Below the pieces are notes generated by a model that was not told the origin of the DNA, did not search any database, and saw only the letters and a program-made list of their open reading frames with translations. 64,000 bases of DNA from Lama guanicoe (taxonomy: Eukaryota): contig MU053379.1 in NCBI GenBank assembly GCA_013239625.1, forward strand, positions 630,490-694,489, written 5' to 3'. The position numbers and the translations under genes are program-made. Shown piece after piece: positions 38,846-51,721 of the stretch. Positions within the stretch are counted from its first letter, which is position 1. Every line of letters starts with the position of its first letter.

Positions 38846-39888
38846 CTGCGAATGGGACATAAGGGGAGAGCTGGGCATCTTCCACAATCCCCACGTGTAG
38901 CTCACACCATCAGCATTCGATTTGACCTGAGGTGTGAACTATGCCCTCTCTTCAAGGAAAGCAGGAGCTGATGCTACATTTCCGAGCCCACATCTCCCCA
39001 ACCTTTATCCCAACACGGCCCACGCAGGAAGTGCTGACGTGGGCACCGTGCCTGGGGTAACTGGGAGCAGTAAGTGGAGCAGGAGCCTCCCAGCCTGGTG
39101 GCCCAGCCCCCACCCCCCGCACCCCCACCCCTCCACCCGCCTCCCAGAGGACAAGGGAATCGTACCTCAGCACACCTGTAACCCAAGTGCAGCAGCCGCA
39201 CAGAGGCTGAGAGGCTGCCCTAACCATCTCCAACTAGCACCATTAACCTGACCTTGTTTGGATATCCCACGCTACGGTGTTGATCAACGTAGGTCAGTTT
39301 TTCTGGATTATGCCATTTAATTCCCACAAAACCCTGGAAGACAGCTGTTATTGTTACCCCCGTGTGAAAGATGAGGAAACTGAGTTTGAGAAACTGGCCC
39401 GAGGCCTCAGCCAATGCCCCCGACACTTCACTTCATCTCTGTGGGCACCACCCTGCACACCAAAGGCCTCCCGTGGTCTGGTGGGCAGGGCAGGCTGGAC
39501 GGATCGGAAAGTCAGTGCCCCTGGGAGCAGCCAGAGGCTCTGAAAGAGGGAGAGTGGGTACGTACATACCCCCGCTCCCTCACCCTCAGCTGGGACAACG
39601 GAGGTGTGTTCTCCAACCAAAAGTGGGCGCCACTGGCCACGATGGTAGCTTGCTGAATGATGCACACAGTGTCGGCTCCTTCCCTTCCTGCATCACTTCC
39701 TTGCTCCCTGACTGGTGCTCCCTGAGGCCACCTCCCAAAGAAGCTTGGCTTCTGAGGGACTCCAGACTAAGGCAGGGGTGGAGTCAGGACTCAGACATGA
39801 GTGTGACAACAAAACTGCATCCTGACAGCCACATCACACTGCCTGGGTAGAGCAGGGACACCTCCCAAATTTAGACATACACAAGATT

Positions 39889-40221
39889 GCACAGGGAACT
39901 ATATTCAATATCTTATAATAACCTATAAAGGAAGAGAATCTGAAAAAGAATATATGCATATACATGTATAACTGGATCACTGTGCTGTACACTGGAAACA
40001 TTGTAAATCAACTATACTTCATTTAAAAAAATTAAAATGGGGGAAGGTATAGCACATGTGGTAGAGCACGTGCTTAGCATGCACAAGGTCCTGGGTTCAA
40101 TTCCTAGTACATCCTCTAAAAATAAATAAATAAGTAAACAAACAACCAAACAAACCTAATTACCTCCTCCTCTCCCCCAAAAAACTCAAAATAAATAATA
40201 AAAATTAAAATAACATTTTAA
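39889..40221 (+). mobile_element. Very short L1 3'-UTR insertion carrying a nested SINE in its A-rich tail
   Basis: L1 terminal motif (gcacagggaactatattcaatatctt...tgtaaatcaactatacttca). Perfect 16-bp TSD agacatacacaagatt at 39873-39888 and 40222-40237. Confidence 0.88.
40039..40199 (+). mobile_element. tRNA-derived SINE (camelid Vic-1-like)
   Basis: GGGGGAAGGTATAGC..GTGGTAGAGC (A box) and GGTTCAATTCC (B box), then an A-rich tail. TSD aaaaattaaaat at 40027-40038 and 40200-40211. Confidence 0.9.
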
Positions 40222-43200
40222 AGACATACACAAGATTAATGAAGATACTAGGAGCAGGAGTGTTTTTTTTTCTCCTAGTCAGCTTCTTTCCTAGATTTCT
40301 AAAAAATAATCCAGATCAAGGAAGAAGAGAGACCCCAGGAATCATTTGGTCAGAATGAGTTTTCCCCCTAGAGGGGATTTTACCCCCTGAAGAAAGAGAG
40401 AAGGCCCTTCTCAAATGACCCCCCCCACCTCATTCCCTGTAAGCCACCCCCAATATCCTTTCTAACCTTCTTCCAGCAGTTAGAGCCCTTCACTCTTGGC
40501 CGCCACAGGACTGCGTAAAAGAGAGAACTACATTTCCCAGCCTTCCCTGCAGCTCAGTGTGGCCATGTGACCAAGTGCTGACCAATGGGATATGAACATA
40601 AGTCTGTGGCTACTTCCAGGTATCTTTGGTAAGAGATGGTGTAGATGTGTCTTTCTGCATCGCTTTGTCCATCCTGCACCTGCATGGATGCCACCTTCTT
40701 GAAGGCCACACAAGGGGTGCCATACTAACATGTCAGCCCAGCCCTCACACAAGAAAAGAAACAAATGTCCATTTTGGATAAGCCAGCGTCACTTGGAGTT
40801 TATTTGTGGTTGAAACTAGTCCTAATTAGCACTCAGCCCAAACCACAAAGCATTGCTTTCTGTGCTCCTGCACACCCAGGCCATGGGTCCATGTCAAGGA
40901 CTTTACACTGTGAGAGGTGCTGGAAAACCATGCCTCAGAATTAAAGTCCTGACCTCAGGGTAAGTGTTTCCAGCTCTAGAGCAACCTACGAAGCTCAGCT
41001 AGTAACCAGTAAGCAGAACACATTTGCACAAGTTTTACATTTCACACCAGGATGTCACATTTAGCGATTTCTTTTGTGTGTGGCTCTAATGGAGCCAGAA
41101 ATAATTTTTTAATAGTTAATTAGCTTTAAGAATAAAACTGTTAACAAAATCTAATTTTCTCATTCCTTTTTCCTGCTAGAAATATCCAAGAATTTCTATA
41201 GTTTAAAAATATATTTGATAAACAACATGTTAATGTTATTTTCGTACTGTAGACAAGCCTAGATATTATATTAAAGACAAGTGATTTCATTATAAAGAAT
41301 TCATGGTAAGAATTCATAATATATTCATATAAGTGAATTGATAACATGAAAAAAACACTTTGGCTTCAATCTGATTGTTTTATAGAATTATTTGGCTTTC
41401 AAGCAATTTGGATAATTGACTATATTCATCATTGTATTTTGGTAGTTTAATTTATTTTTATTTTTATTTAGCTTTTATTTTCTTTCGTCTTTGTTTGATG
41501 TGCTGAAGACCTGATTTTGAAATTATTCAACTATCCAGGGAAAGAACATGCCAAGCAAAGCTGCATGTACCTTCCCATTGCTGCGTTATTTTCACCTGGT
41601 TCTGGCTAGTCATTCCTCACCTCTGGAATAAAACAGAACTCACTATGTTTGTCCATGCATGTAGACAGGTAGGATTTTTATAATGATTTCAAATCCCAAA
41701 ACTCCAGTCAAAATATCAAAACTTCTCCAAGGCAGCAATGGGAGGGAATAAATTAATGAAAATTATTAAATAAATCACACAGCCTGAAGGGATGGCCCCA
41801 TAATGGACGTACAACTCAAAAACCAAGTGAAATCAGGAAAACTCAACATGGCCACTCCTTCGACGAGGGCTCATGGCAATCATGCTTGCCCAACCAAATC
41901 ACCACACACTGTGGCCTAAGGACCAAGTAAGGGCCATGTGGGGATCTGGGGTACCCTGATGACCCATGGAGCTGCCCTGGGTGTCAACCAGCATCCACTT
42001 CCCTTTGCCTTAGAGAACATGAGCTTTGTATTAATGAAATCCTATCTCTGGGCCTCACTCCAAGGAGTCCAAAGAATGGCTTCTCTCCAAGACATCGTGT
42101 TCCGGAAAGAGTATGGGCATAAGGCGAAAAACCCAAGTTCAAGTCCTGCCACCTCAGGCCCTCACCAAACTTCAGTTTTCTCTGGAAGGGCTGTAGGGAT
42201 TTTCAGATGCCTTCTTTGAGCTCCCAACCTACTTCTATGGATCAAAACTAAAAACAGAAGCAGTAATGGAAATGGAATTGATGGTTATGATCTGATAAAT
42301 ACAGTCAGTACACAGTGATGAATAACCTGTCCACAACTGGGGTTGAGAACGTGGAACTCAAACATAGAGCACCTTTGGAGAAAATCCTCTGGCTACCCTA
42401 GACCAGAGGTTCCCAAAACCATTTGTTCACTGGAATTACCAGTAGAACTCACTAAACATAAAAAACCTGGGCCCTACTTGAGGTCCAAGATGGGGCCTGT
42501 GCATCTGTATTTTTAAAATTAACTCATATCATTTTTATACAGATAAATCTCTTACATGATTAGAGAATTTTTTTAATGACATGAAAAGATGTTAGGTTAA
42601 AAGTCTCCCTCTAACCTCTGTTCCTACTCCCTTATCCCTATAGGTAACCAGTGTCATTATATTTTTGTGTCTGTGACCTTTTTTTCCTTATGCCAGCAAA
42701 AAATCTCTATTCTTTCCCCTGTCTTTTTAAAATGAATGATAATAACACACTGTTTTTTCACAATTCCATAGTATTCCACTGCGTGAAGCACAGTTTTATA
42801 ACCTGATTCCTGTTAGTCGCATTTAGGTTGGCCCCAGATTTTCACTACTGCAGATCACGCTGCAGTGAATATCCTTGTGGACATGCCTTTTGACACCTGC
42901 TAGGGGATCAGAGAGTAAATCCCCTGAAGCACAAGCTGAGTCAAAGCGCACATCCATTCAGTATAACCTGGAAAGAGGCTGACAAATTTCTGAGCAACTT
43001 TTTTCTTTGAATAGCTCTTCAGGTGATTTTAAAACATGATTCAGGCTGTCAAAATGGGGGACCATGCCCAGGATCCGAGTCTCAACTTCAATGTTTAACT
43101 TCTTAAACTACGAATCACCCGGGTGCCTTGTTAAAATGCAGTCTGACTCGGGAGCTTGGGGGTGGGCCCAAGAGTCGCCATTTCTAACAAGCTCCTAGGT

Positions 43201-43859
43201 GATGGCGTTGCTGTTGGTCCATGGACTGCACTGTGCCCGGCAAGACCCTAGTGGACACATGTTGAAACACTGTCCAGGTGTGGCTGTGATGTGGCGAAGA
43301 CTATTGGACATGCTCCAGACTTGAATCCCAGTCTCAGTGCAGCAATCCACCAGCTGAATGACCATGCCCCAAGTCTCCGCATTTTCTGAACCTCAGTCTC
43401 CTCATCTGTAAAATGGGTGCAATACCATCTCTAACAGGATGAGGCTGTGAGGTTTAAACAACATTGACACATCTCAAAAGCACTCTGCTGAGCAAAAAGA
43501 AGCAGACACATAAGAAGACATCTGTGAGATTCTATTTTTGTGAAATTCTAGAACAGGCAATATCAATCTATGGTGACAGAAATCAGAACGCTGGATGCCT
43601 CTGGTTTGGAGATTGGGGAGGAAGAACCAAAGATTGGGAAAGGGCAGAAGTGAACTTTCTGGGGATAGAATTAAAATCTTGTTTTAGTAGTTACCTGGGT
43701 ATTTACATTTGCCAAAACTCATTGAACTAGGCACTTAAAATCTGCATTTTATTGCATGTCAATTATATCTGGATTGGAAAATATATTAAAAGTAAATTAG
43801 GCCATTTCATGTAAACTGTGAAGTGCCATCAAAAGCGAAGCTATCCTATCTTAGAGAAC

Positions 43860-44560
43860 TGCACCACGTGCGTGCCGTCTGCGGGGATGAAGTCCTCGGT
43901 CGCCCCGGGACCAGAGATGGCCCTCCCACCCCGGTGGCAGCGCGCCCCCGGACCCGCGCGGCCTGCGTCGCCCCCCGCGGCGGGCGCTTACTTGCTGCGG
44001 AACTCGTCGAGCGCGCGCTGCGCCTCTGCGCCCTGGCGCTCCAGCCGGCTGCGCTCGGCCGCCAGGTCCCGCGCGCGCTGGCGGTTGCCCTCGACGTGGC
44101 GGGCGAGGGCGTCCTCGGGGCCGGCCAGATCGTCCAGGCGCTGGAAGGCGTCCAGCTGCCGCCGGAGGACGGCGTGGCGCTGCTCGAGCGCCCGGGCCCG
44201 CTGGACGTGGGCGGCCACGCGCTCGCCGAGCCCCTGCAGCGCCGCCAGGCTGGGCGCGGCGGCCCGGCCCTCGGCCAGGCTGTCCGGCTCGGCGGAGCGC
44301 TGCGCCTCCTCGGCGCGCTCATACTGCTCCTTGCGGGTCTGGAAGACGTAGCTGCGCCGGTACATGGCTCCTGTGCGGGCCAGCGCGCGCAGCCGGCTCC
44401 CGGGGCCCCTCGCCGAGCCAGCAGCCCGCTAAATAAACATCGGAGGCCCCAGGCACGCCGCTGGGACGTTCCAGAGCTGGTCAGCTGTTGCTCCCGCCTC
44501 GGGAGGAATAAAAGAGCGGCAGGCCGGCTTTTGTGCGCTGGATTAGCGGCCTATACAGCT
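43860..44560. promoter_or_regulatory. BFSP1: CpG island over BFSP1 exon 1 and proximal promoter; TATA-like TTTATTTA at 44430-44437 (minus)
   Basis: Very high GC and CpG density compared with the flanks. A single AT-rich box lies about 65 nt upstream of the ATG. Confidence 0.8.
43992..44365 (-). CDS. BFSP1: BFSP1 exon 1 (head and start of rod)
   Basis: ATG in good Kozak context (gagccATGt). [17 protein letters not shown]...[20 protein letters not shown]...LDEFRSK. Donor AA|GTAAGC at 43991, phase 2. Confidence 0.97.
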
Positions 44561-45796
44561 CTGGGGGTTGGAACGTTAAACTGGGCCATGAGGTTTTTGT
44601 CCCGTGATTGTTCAAGCCTGTGGCTTTATGATTCAGTGGAGGGGCAGGAGGACGGGAGGGGCGTGCCTTTCTTTTGACAGTTCCCACTGGGAATTGTGAA
44701 GGAAGCCCAAGGGAGCTTGTTAAACGTGGACTAGCTCGAGAGCCCAAGGACCCGTCTCTTTATCTCTCCGCTCTCAGTCAAGCTCCCAATCCGAGAACTT
44801 AACATCATTTTTTTTCTGATTACTTAAGCAATTATTTTTCATAATTACATGACATTCAGGACCCCTCCTTACATGAGGGGTTCTTAACCATGGATGAAAA
44901 ATCACATGGCACCTCTCGATAAACTGTGAGGTGTGTATAGCAAGTGAGCTCTTACTAATAGTTGTGCATGTTTGTGACGAATCTCTTTTTTGTACAATAG
45001 CTCAGAAAACAGTTGCATGGTTGTCGTCATTATAAAGTTCCCCTGCCTCTCATGAATTCTGACATCCTTTCTAGAGTAGGAATTACAAGGAGAGCTCTGT
45101 CAGGATGTTGACATAATAGAATCTTTGGACTCAGGAAAAAAAAAAAAGATCCTTACAGCCTAAAGATTTAATAAGTTGGCCAACTCTCAATTAGAGAACA
45201 CAAAGGAAATGTTTTGCCACTATGTTTTATTTTAATTTGTATTATGTAAATAACAGAACTAGGCTTTGACCAGTTTAAAAGTAAATTGTGGCTCTTGAAA
45301 GAAATTAATAGCATTTGATAAGAATGTTCCTAAATACATTTTTTCTATCTCCAGTTTTAAAAATCTTTATCCAAAGGCTGTTTTTTAAAAATAAGAATTA
45401 GCAGTACCATATAATTAACAACGCTAGGGATTGCACATAATATACTACAAATTAAAGGCATAGTTATTAAAGATCAAGAAAATTACACAGATCTTTGTTG
45501 GGCTTATTAAGGTTTATTATTTCTCAAAAAAGACTGTAAGATAACGAATTCGGTCTGGAAAGCATCTGTATAAGTTCCAAAGTTGTGCTGATGGTGTGGT
45601 TATTATTCTATTTTCTTTTCTTAAGCCATTTAAAAATAGTTTTATGATCAAATCAAGGAGCACTGTATGAGTGTTTTCTATGATATGATGCACAAGTACC
45701 ATGCTGATGGCATGGTGCATTGGTTTCAGGCTTCCTGGAGAGCAAAACCAATGTAGACCAAGAGTTATAAAGTCATTCATTCCCTTTGACATCATG

Positions 45797-46200
45797 TATC
45801 TGTCAGATATTGCTGCAGAACAAACTGACCCCCAAACTAAGTGGCTTAAAGAAGTATTTATCACTCCACTCCCAGGGCTGCAGTTTGGCTGGATAGCTCT
45901 CCTGCGAGTTGCAGTTCTCCCAATCAGCTGGGACAGCTCTGCTCCAGATGTCTCCCATCCTCCTTAAACTAGCAGTGACAGAGGGCGAGAGGGAGCCCAG
46001 CCACACAAGCTGGTCCCAGGCCTTTTTTCACATTGTGTACACTAACATCCCCTTGGTCAAAGCAAATCACACAGCCACAGCCACAGCCACAGTCAAGAGT
46101 CAGCGAAGAGGCACGGCCCACCCAAGGCCATAGCAAGGGTGTGAGTGTAACTCTATAATCATCCTGGAGTGAAGCACTGGGACCAGCAACCCAGTCTAGC
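45797..46200 (-). mobile_element. Old MaLR (MLT1-like) LTR; a similar relic lies at about 10060-10460
   Basis: tgtatctgtcagatattgctgcagaacaaactgacccccaaactaagtggcttaaa is a typical reverse-oriented MLT1 end. Confidence 0.55.
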
Positions 46201-46950
46201 ACATATAGAAATATGACTTGAGAAAAAACATCAAATCCCAGACACCTAACAGGAAAAATTATTATTTCAGTTTAATCCAGTGGAACACACACTTAGAAAA
46301 TATCTACTCACAAAAGTTCTCGAGGAGTTAACTACTGAACAAGGTCAAGTCCCTACTATTAAGAGGCAGGGACTACTCAACTAATTAAGACACAAGGAAA
46401 TCTTGGGTAAGTTCTAAAATGGAGATCTTAACAAAATGCTGTGGTTGCATCAAAGAAGTGGCAATGGGCAGTGCGTAGGTAGGTAGAAGAGTTAGAATTC
46501 CAGACAGAACAGCATAAAGGAGGTATGAGCTCGGCACAGGGAGCTGTGTGCTCCCTGACATGCTGGGGTTAAGCCCAGGCGGGATGGCTAGAAAGGTCTG
46601 GAAAGGAAAGTTCGAAGGCTTCCCATCAGTTGTAGTGGATTGAACCCAGACATTATCTCTACTCCTCCCCACAAGCCCCACCAAAAATGGCAGCAGAGAT
46701 TTTTTTTTAAGATTAAAACTCCACAAACGTAAGAAAGAAAAGATTACAGTGGACAAAGTATGTCAACAAATTTTGGGGAGGCTGACCAGGGAGAGATGAG
46801 TGGCGACTGACTTAGCGCAGTGGAGAAAGCAGGAAGCTAAGTGCCTCCAAGGGGAATGGGAGAGGAAACAGCTGGTTTGTGCAAGGCAATCTCAGGAAAG
46901 CTTAGGAACTTGATGTACCAGACATGGCAGAAGGTGGAGGTGAAGAGTAG

Positions 46951-47457
46951 TGTTACTCAGTCCGAACTCATACTGCTCACTGCGCAAGAGGCCATAAAAA
47001 TCTAGAGATGAGATGCTGGGGCAAAGAATAGTGACTTTATTTGGAAAGCCAGCGGACCAGGAAGATGGTGGATCATCTTACTCGAGTTAGAATTCAGGCT
47101 TCTTTTATACTAAAAAGGGGAGGGAGTGTGGCTGGTTGTTCCAAACTTCTTGGTGCTGGAATCCCTCCTTCTTGCAGCTGTCCGGGTAGGGCCTGGTCAC
47201 AGTGTTCCTATAAACCTCCAACAAGACAAATCTTGTTCCCTGTTCTGCAACTTTTTATCTCTATATGAATGGAAAAGTGTTATACCTTTAAACATCAGAG
47301 CTCTGAGAATGAGCTGTCCTGTATTTTTCAAGCTATCGGCAACATTCCTTTACAAAAGATGCAGAGCCAGTATGACTCAGCACAGGCAACAGAGCACAAA
47401 GGTTAGAGCTAAAGGAACAGATCCAATATGGAGTCAGGTTTGTTATTCTCTGTTGCA
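46951..47457 (-). mobile_element. Solo ERV1-type LTR (copy A)
   Basis: TG...CA termini. Minus-strand TATAAAA (47103-47109) and AATAAA (47036-47041). 4-bp flanks gtag/gtac. Colinear with 53659-54160. Confidence 0.85.
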
Positions 47458-47884
47458 GTACAGCTGAAACACTTGAGGGTTGCCTGACAGTCTTCATAAG
47501 AGCAGTTAGAATTTCAGATTTCCTATCCCATCCTACACAGCCAGGTGACTGCCCAACAGGAGACCTGGAGATTATTCTCTGATGAAATTGAATGAGAGGT
47601 CTTGAGTTCAAGGTTATCAGGCGTGACCAAGGGCAGGATGAGGCTGGACTGAAACAGGGGGTTAAGGAGCAGATGTGCAGCAAAGGTGGAGCTGTGCCCT
47701 CCCCAGCTCCCATTTACCACTTCATTCCCAGGATGCTGGTCACTTGGCAGGCATGTTCCCAGGCAGGAGATTTGAGATTCTTCTTTAGAGCAACTGAATG
47801 ACTTTAAAAAAAAAAAGAAGCTCTCCAGATACTGAATTTGGAATGTTGACTGATTGGCGTTCGAACATGTGTTGCAGCAAAGTG

Positions 47885-48397
47885 TGTTACAGCTCAGTGT
47901 TATAGCTCAGTCCTGACAGCAACCTGGATCCTGGTGAGAGACCAAGCAGCACTTGGAGGGTTAGAGAACTCAGGTTTATTACACCTGGGGGCCCAGAAAA
48001 GTTAATACTCCAAGCTCTGAACCCCATCTGTAGGTTTACACAGGCTTTTATAGGCTGTGAGTCTCGACTTTGCAACATCATATGCAAATAAGGTATAACA
48101 AAGTGGACCAATCAGGAATGAGCTTTTTAGAAATGGACCAATCAGGAGTGGTAGAAATGGACCAATCAGGAGTGGGCGTTATGCAAATGAGGTGTTACAA
48201 ATGGACCAATCAGGAGTGAGCTTAGGGAACCAATAGAATCTTAGGGGTAAGTTTTGCTTTTCTAGAAGGAAGCTGTTTTACAGAAGCACAAATGTGAGAT
48301 ACTACCGCTGGGCCAGGGAACCAGGTGGTGCTGGCAGAAAAGTAGTGGCCCTGCCTATGGGTCCTGCTGGTCTTTTCATGAAGCTTCCCACCTCACA
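47885..48397 (-). mobile_element. Solo LTR of a different family, with tandem CCAAT/octamer repeats
   Basis: TG...CA termini, minus-strand TATA (cttttata near 48045) and polyA signal (tttatt near 47975), and a repeated U3-type motif array. No clear TSD. Confidence 0.75.
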
Positions 48398-49529
48398 TGG
48401 AAGATGGTTGTGTGGTCCAAGGTAATTCAAACGCAAGCTGTTGATCAAAGTTTTATTTGTTACAGTACATAGTTTTTAAACTTTTTCACTTAGCTTTTTG
48501 TTTTTGAAACTTAATGTTTTTCCCTAAAAGTATAGATTCTTTAAGATTTGTATAACTTACACTGTTCTGTAGCATGACTGTGGTACTATTATGATATCCT
48601 GCCTTCACCAGATGACATTATTACAAGTGTAAATGTAAGAACTTTACTACAGTTTCCTATAAAGATTTTAGTTTCCTATAAATCTAATTTCCTATAAGAA
48701 TTCTTATAGATTCTTATAAGAATCTAAATATAAGAATTTTACTATAGGGGGTGTCATCTCCTATGAGAAGAGAGACTAAGGTGGTGTAGTTAACCCTTCT
48801 CTGCAGGACATTTGGCTGGTTTGTGACTTTGGAATCTGCTCCTTAATTCTATATTTTAATGGCTATAAAATATGACAGCTAGTTCTAATCCACAGCTGGG
48901 TTTCCCTTCTTCTTGGTTAACTTAGTTCGGGTTCCCCCAAAGCAGACCCTGAAACAAGAGCTAAAGTGCAAGTCGTTTATTTGGAAGATGATCCCAGGAA
49001 GCACCTGCAGGGAAGGCAAAGCAGGGTTTGTGATGACAGCAAGTCCTCAAGGTGGGAAAGTGCAGTTTAATCCTGCTGGAGACTCTGGGAGACAGACAGC
49101 TTAGTGCAGGCACCTCGCAGCTACCCGACCCACAGGTGAGGGAGCTGGACACTCACTGACCCCTCCCAAGGGCTGTTGAGGACTGATTGCAGGGGAACTT
49201 CTGGCCTGCCCCAGGCATCCGAATAGACTCTGCATGGACTAGGAGGGCCAGACAAAGCTCCGCAGAAAAGAGAGGCAGCTGTGGGCAGTGGGAAACGGGC
49301 CAGCAAGCCCATCGCCCTGGTAAGTGACTTAACCAGGCTGGTCCCAGGATGGGCACCGGTAAGATGGGGATGATCACTTACAGAACAAGGGTCACCACGC
49401 ATCCCAGTCTACCTGGGACAATCCACGTTCACACGCTTGGTCTCAGTGTAAGCGTAGGGTTCTTTCTCAAGAGTATCGTGGTTTGTCTGAGAACACAGCA
49501 TCTCCTCCTGGCCCGTGTGAATGCATGGC

Positions 49530-50090
49530 CTGAATCTAATCATAAGGAAAAGCCAGGCAAACTCAAAATATTCATAAAAATAAAAGAGGACGATATTATT
49601 TTAAAATGTTAGTACCACAAAAGGCCAAGAAATGTGGAAAAGTTCCAGATTAAAGGAGACATGACATCCAAAGGCAATACTAATCGTAGACTAGAGGAGA
49701 AAAGATGCTCTAAGGTCATCACAAGAGCCATGGGCAAAATTGGAAGATAGACAATAGACTAGAATTGTATCAATGTTAAATTTACTAATGACTGTGCCAC
49801 AGTTAAGTAAAATAATACCTTTCTTTATTAGTAGAAAATTTCCTCTGAACTACTTAGGGGTAAAATGCATGATATATGCACCTGATTCTCAAATGATTTA
49901 GAAAAAAATTACACGTATAAATACATTCATAAACATACATATTAAAATACATGGAGAGAGAAAGAGAAAAGAAATGGGGCAAAACAGTAACAATAGGTGA
50001 ATCTGGGCAAAAGGTATATGTGTGTTGCCTGTACTGTTTTGCAATTTTTTTTAGAGAGTTTGAGATGAGTTTCAAAAACATTTGTTAAAA
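49530..50090 (+). mobile_element. Old L1M (L1MC-like) 3' end fragment; other L1M relics at about 28790-29240, 32715-32900, 43465-43790 and 51690-52620
   Basis: ttccagattaaaggagac...aacaataggtgaatctgggcaaaaggtatatg...tgtactgttttgcaattttt. Confidence 0.6.
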
Positions 50091-50744
50091 ATGTGATCAC
50101 GTTACACATTAAGCACTTTGTGGTGCAGGCGTCTAAAAAATATGATTTGCTTTTCTTTACAGCCGTGTATCTGTGTAATAATAGCAAAGAGAGGGTGAGG
50201 GACTGAGGGGAAGTGGTTGAGCCAAAACTCTGCAGAAACAATAGGGGAAAGTGGTCTATAACCATTGACCAATTGTAATCATGTGGAATATGTGATGACG
50301 TGAGTGAAAATGTTTGTAACAAACATGAAAGGGAGCAGGGAAAAAAAACTACCAGATGCATCGTGATTACAGTCATATAAAAACATATATATAATTAAAA
50401 ATTAGTGTCATATACCAGGTTTTATGTTCATCACATCTTTTTATTTCTATTTAAAGTTTAAACATAAGACACTTTTAAAAATTTTAATTAACATTTGCAT
50501 CCACTGAACACATGAAAAATAGGCCTAGATGGTTTGCCTTTTAGTCAAGTTCATATTTTAGACTTTGAGGTCTTCCCTGAGATATGTTCTGAGTTTGCTT
50601 TGGGCTTTTTACAGGCATAAAAGGTAGAGGAGAGAGGAAGGGTCTCTGCTGACTACTAATGTGTGATCTTGGAACAATTCAGTGGACCTGTTTTCTAAAC
50701 TGATGGATTTGAGCTAAAGACTCTCTAAGATCTTCTTGTTTCTT

Positions 50745-51090
50745 ACAGGCTGAACTGTGTTCTCTAAAATCCCTCTGTTGAAACCCTCGCCCTGCCCCCC
50801 AATACCTTAGAATGTGACTGTTGTTTGGAAATGAGGCCTTTAAGGAAGTAACTAAAGTAAAACGAGGTCATATGGGTGAGTCCTAATGAGCTATGACTGG
50901 TGTCCTTAGAAGAGGAGGTCGGACTCAGGGAGGTGCAGAGAGAAGGCACAGACAGAAGACAACCACCCACATGCCAAGCAGAGACCACAGAAGCAGCCAG
51001 CCCTGCCAACTCCTCCGTCTCAGACTTCTCACTTCCAGGGGTTTAAGCCCCCCAGTCGGCGGTACTTTGTTACGGCACCCTAGCAATCTG
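50745..51090 (+). mobile_element. MaLR (MLT1-like) LTR
   Basis: ggctgaactgtgttctc...aatgtgactg.tgtttggaaatgaggcctttaagga...gtactttgttacggcaccctagcaa. Confidence 0.75.
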
Positions 51091-51721
51091 ATAGAAGGCT
51101 CTCGCATGCTGAACCTGCATCTTCTCCTTTTATGGCCCAGTCCTTTTCCCAGGACAAACAAATGTCTGCCACAAGAGGGCCACGCTGCCCTAAGAGTGAG
51201 CACCCTGCCTCCTGGCCCCCAGGGCGATGGCGCATGGGGCAGATGGGTGCAGAGATGTGCAACTTGAAGCCTTTCCACCAAACTGGATCAACTCGAAAGG
51301 CAAGTCATCCTGGAAAGGCTTGTATTGAGTAAGGTGGCCAGGAACCCCAGAGGGAAAGGGCAAGACCCTGACCTTCCAACCCCTGCTGCCTTAGACTGGC
51401 CTCTCCATCAGCTGTAAAGCAGGCTCTGTAAGTCAGCGTGACGGGTGACAATGGAGGAGAAACACACTCGAACACAAAGCTCTGTCTCCAGCTGCACACA
51501 CATTGTTGATGCTGAAGGCTTTCTGGAAAGTGAAGCCATAGATTCAAACACAATCAAAGGTAGGAGGGCATGAAACATCCAACCTGCTTTTCTCAGAGTC
51601 TAATACAGTAACCAAAGCGAATGTCAACAAACCCAAATTTGTTTGATGACAGATGTATTCCTTGCGGTTTTTGACTGATGGGCACCAACAAAAGTCATGA
51701 CACCTAAATGCAAAGCATGAT

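Noticed and set aside
40039..40115. tRNA-like sequence (also at ~22855-22925 and ~235-306)
   Set aside because: These have A-rich tails, TSDs and degenerate stems, so they are SINEs and not tRNA genes.
43823..44677. 284-aa and 177-aa + strand ORFs and a 158-aa - strand ORF over BFSP1 exon 1
   Set aside because: Shadow or alternate-frame ORFs caused by stop-codon scarcity in a CpG island. No recognisable protein family.
48105..48236. Repeat-spacer-like array resembling CRISPR
   Set aside because: The genome is eukaryotic, the repeats are 13 bp with irregular related spacers, they lie inside an LTR, and there are no cas genes.
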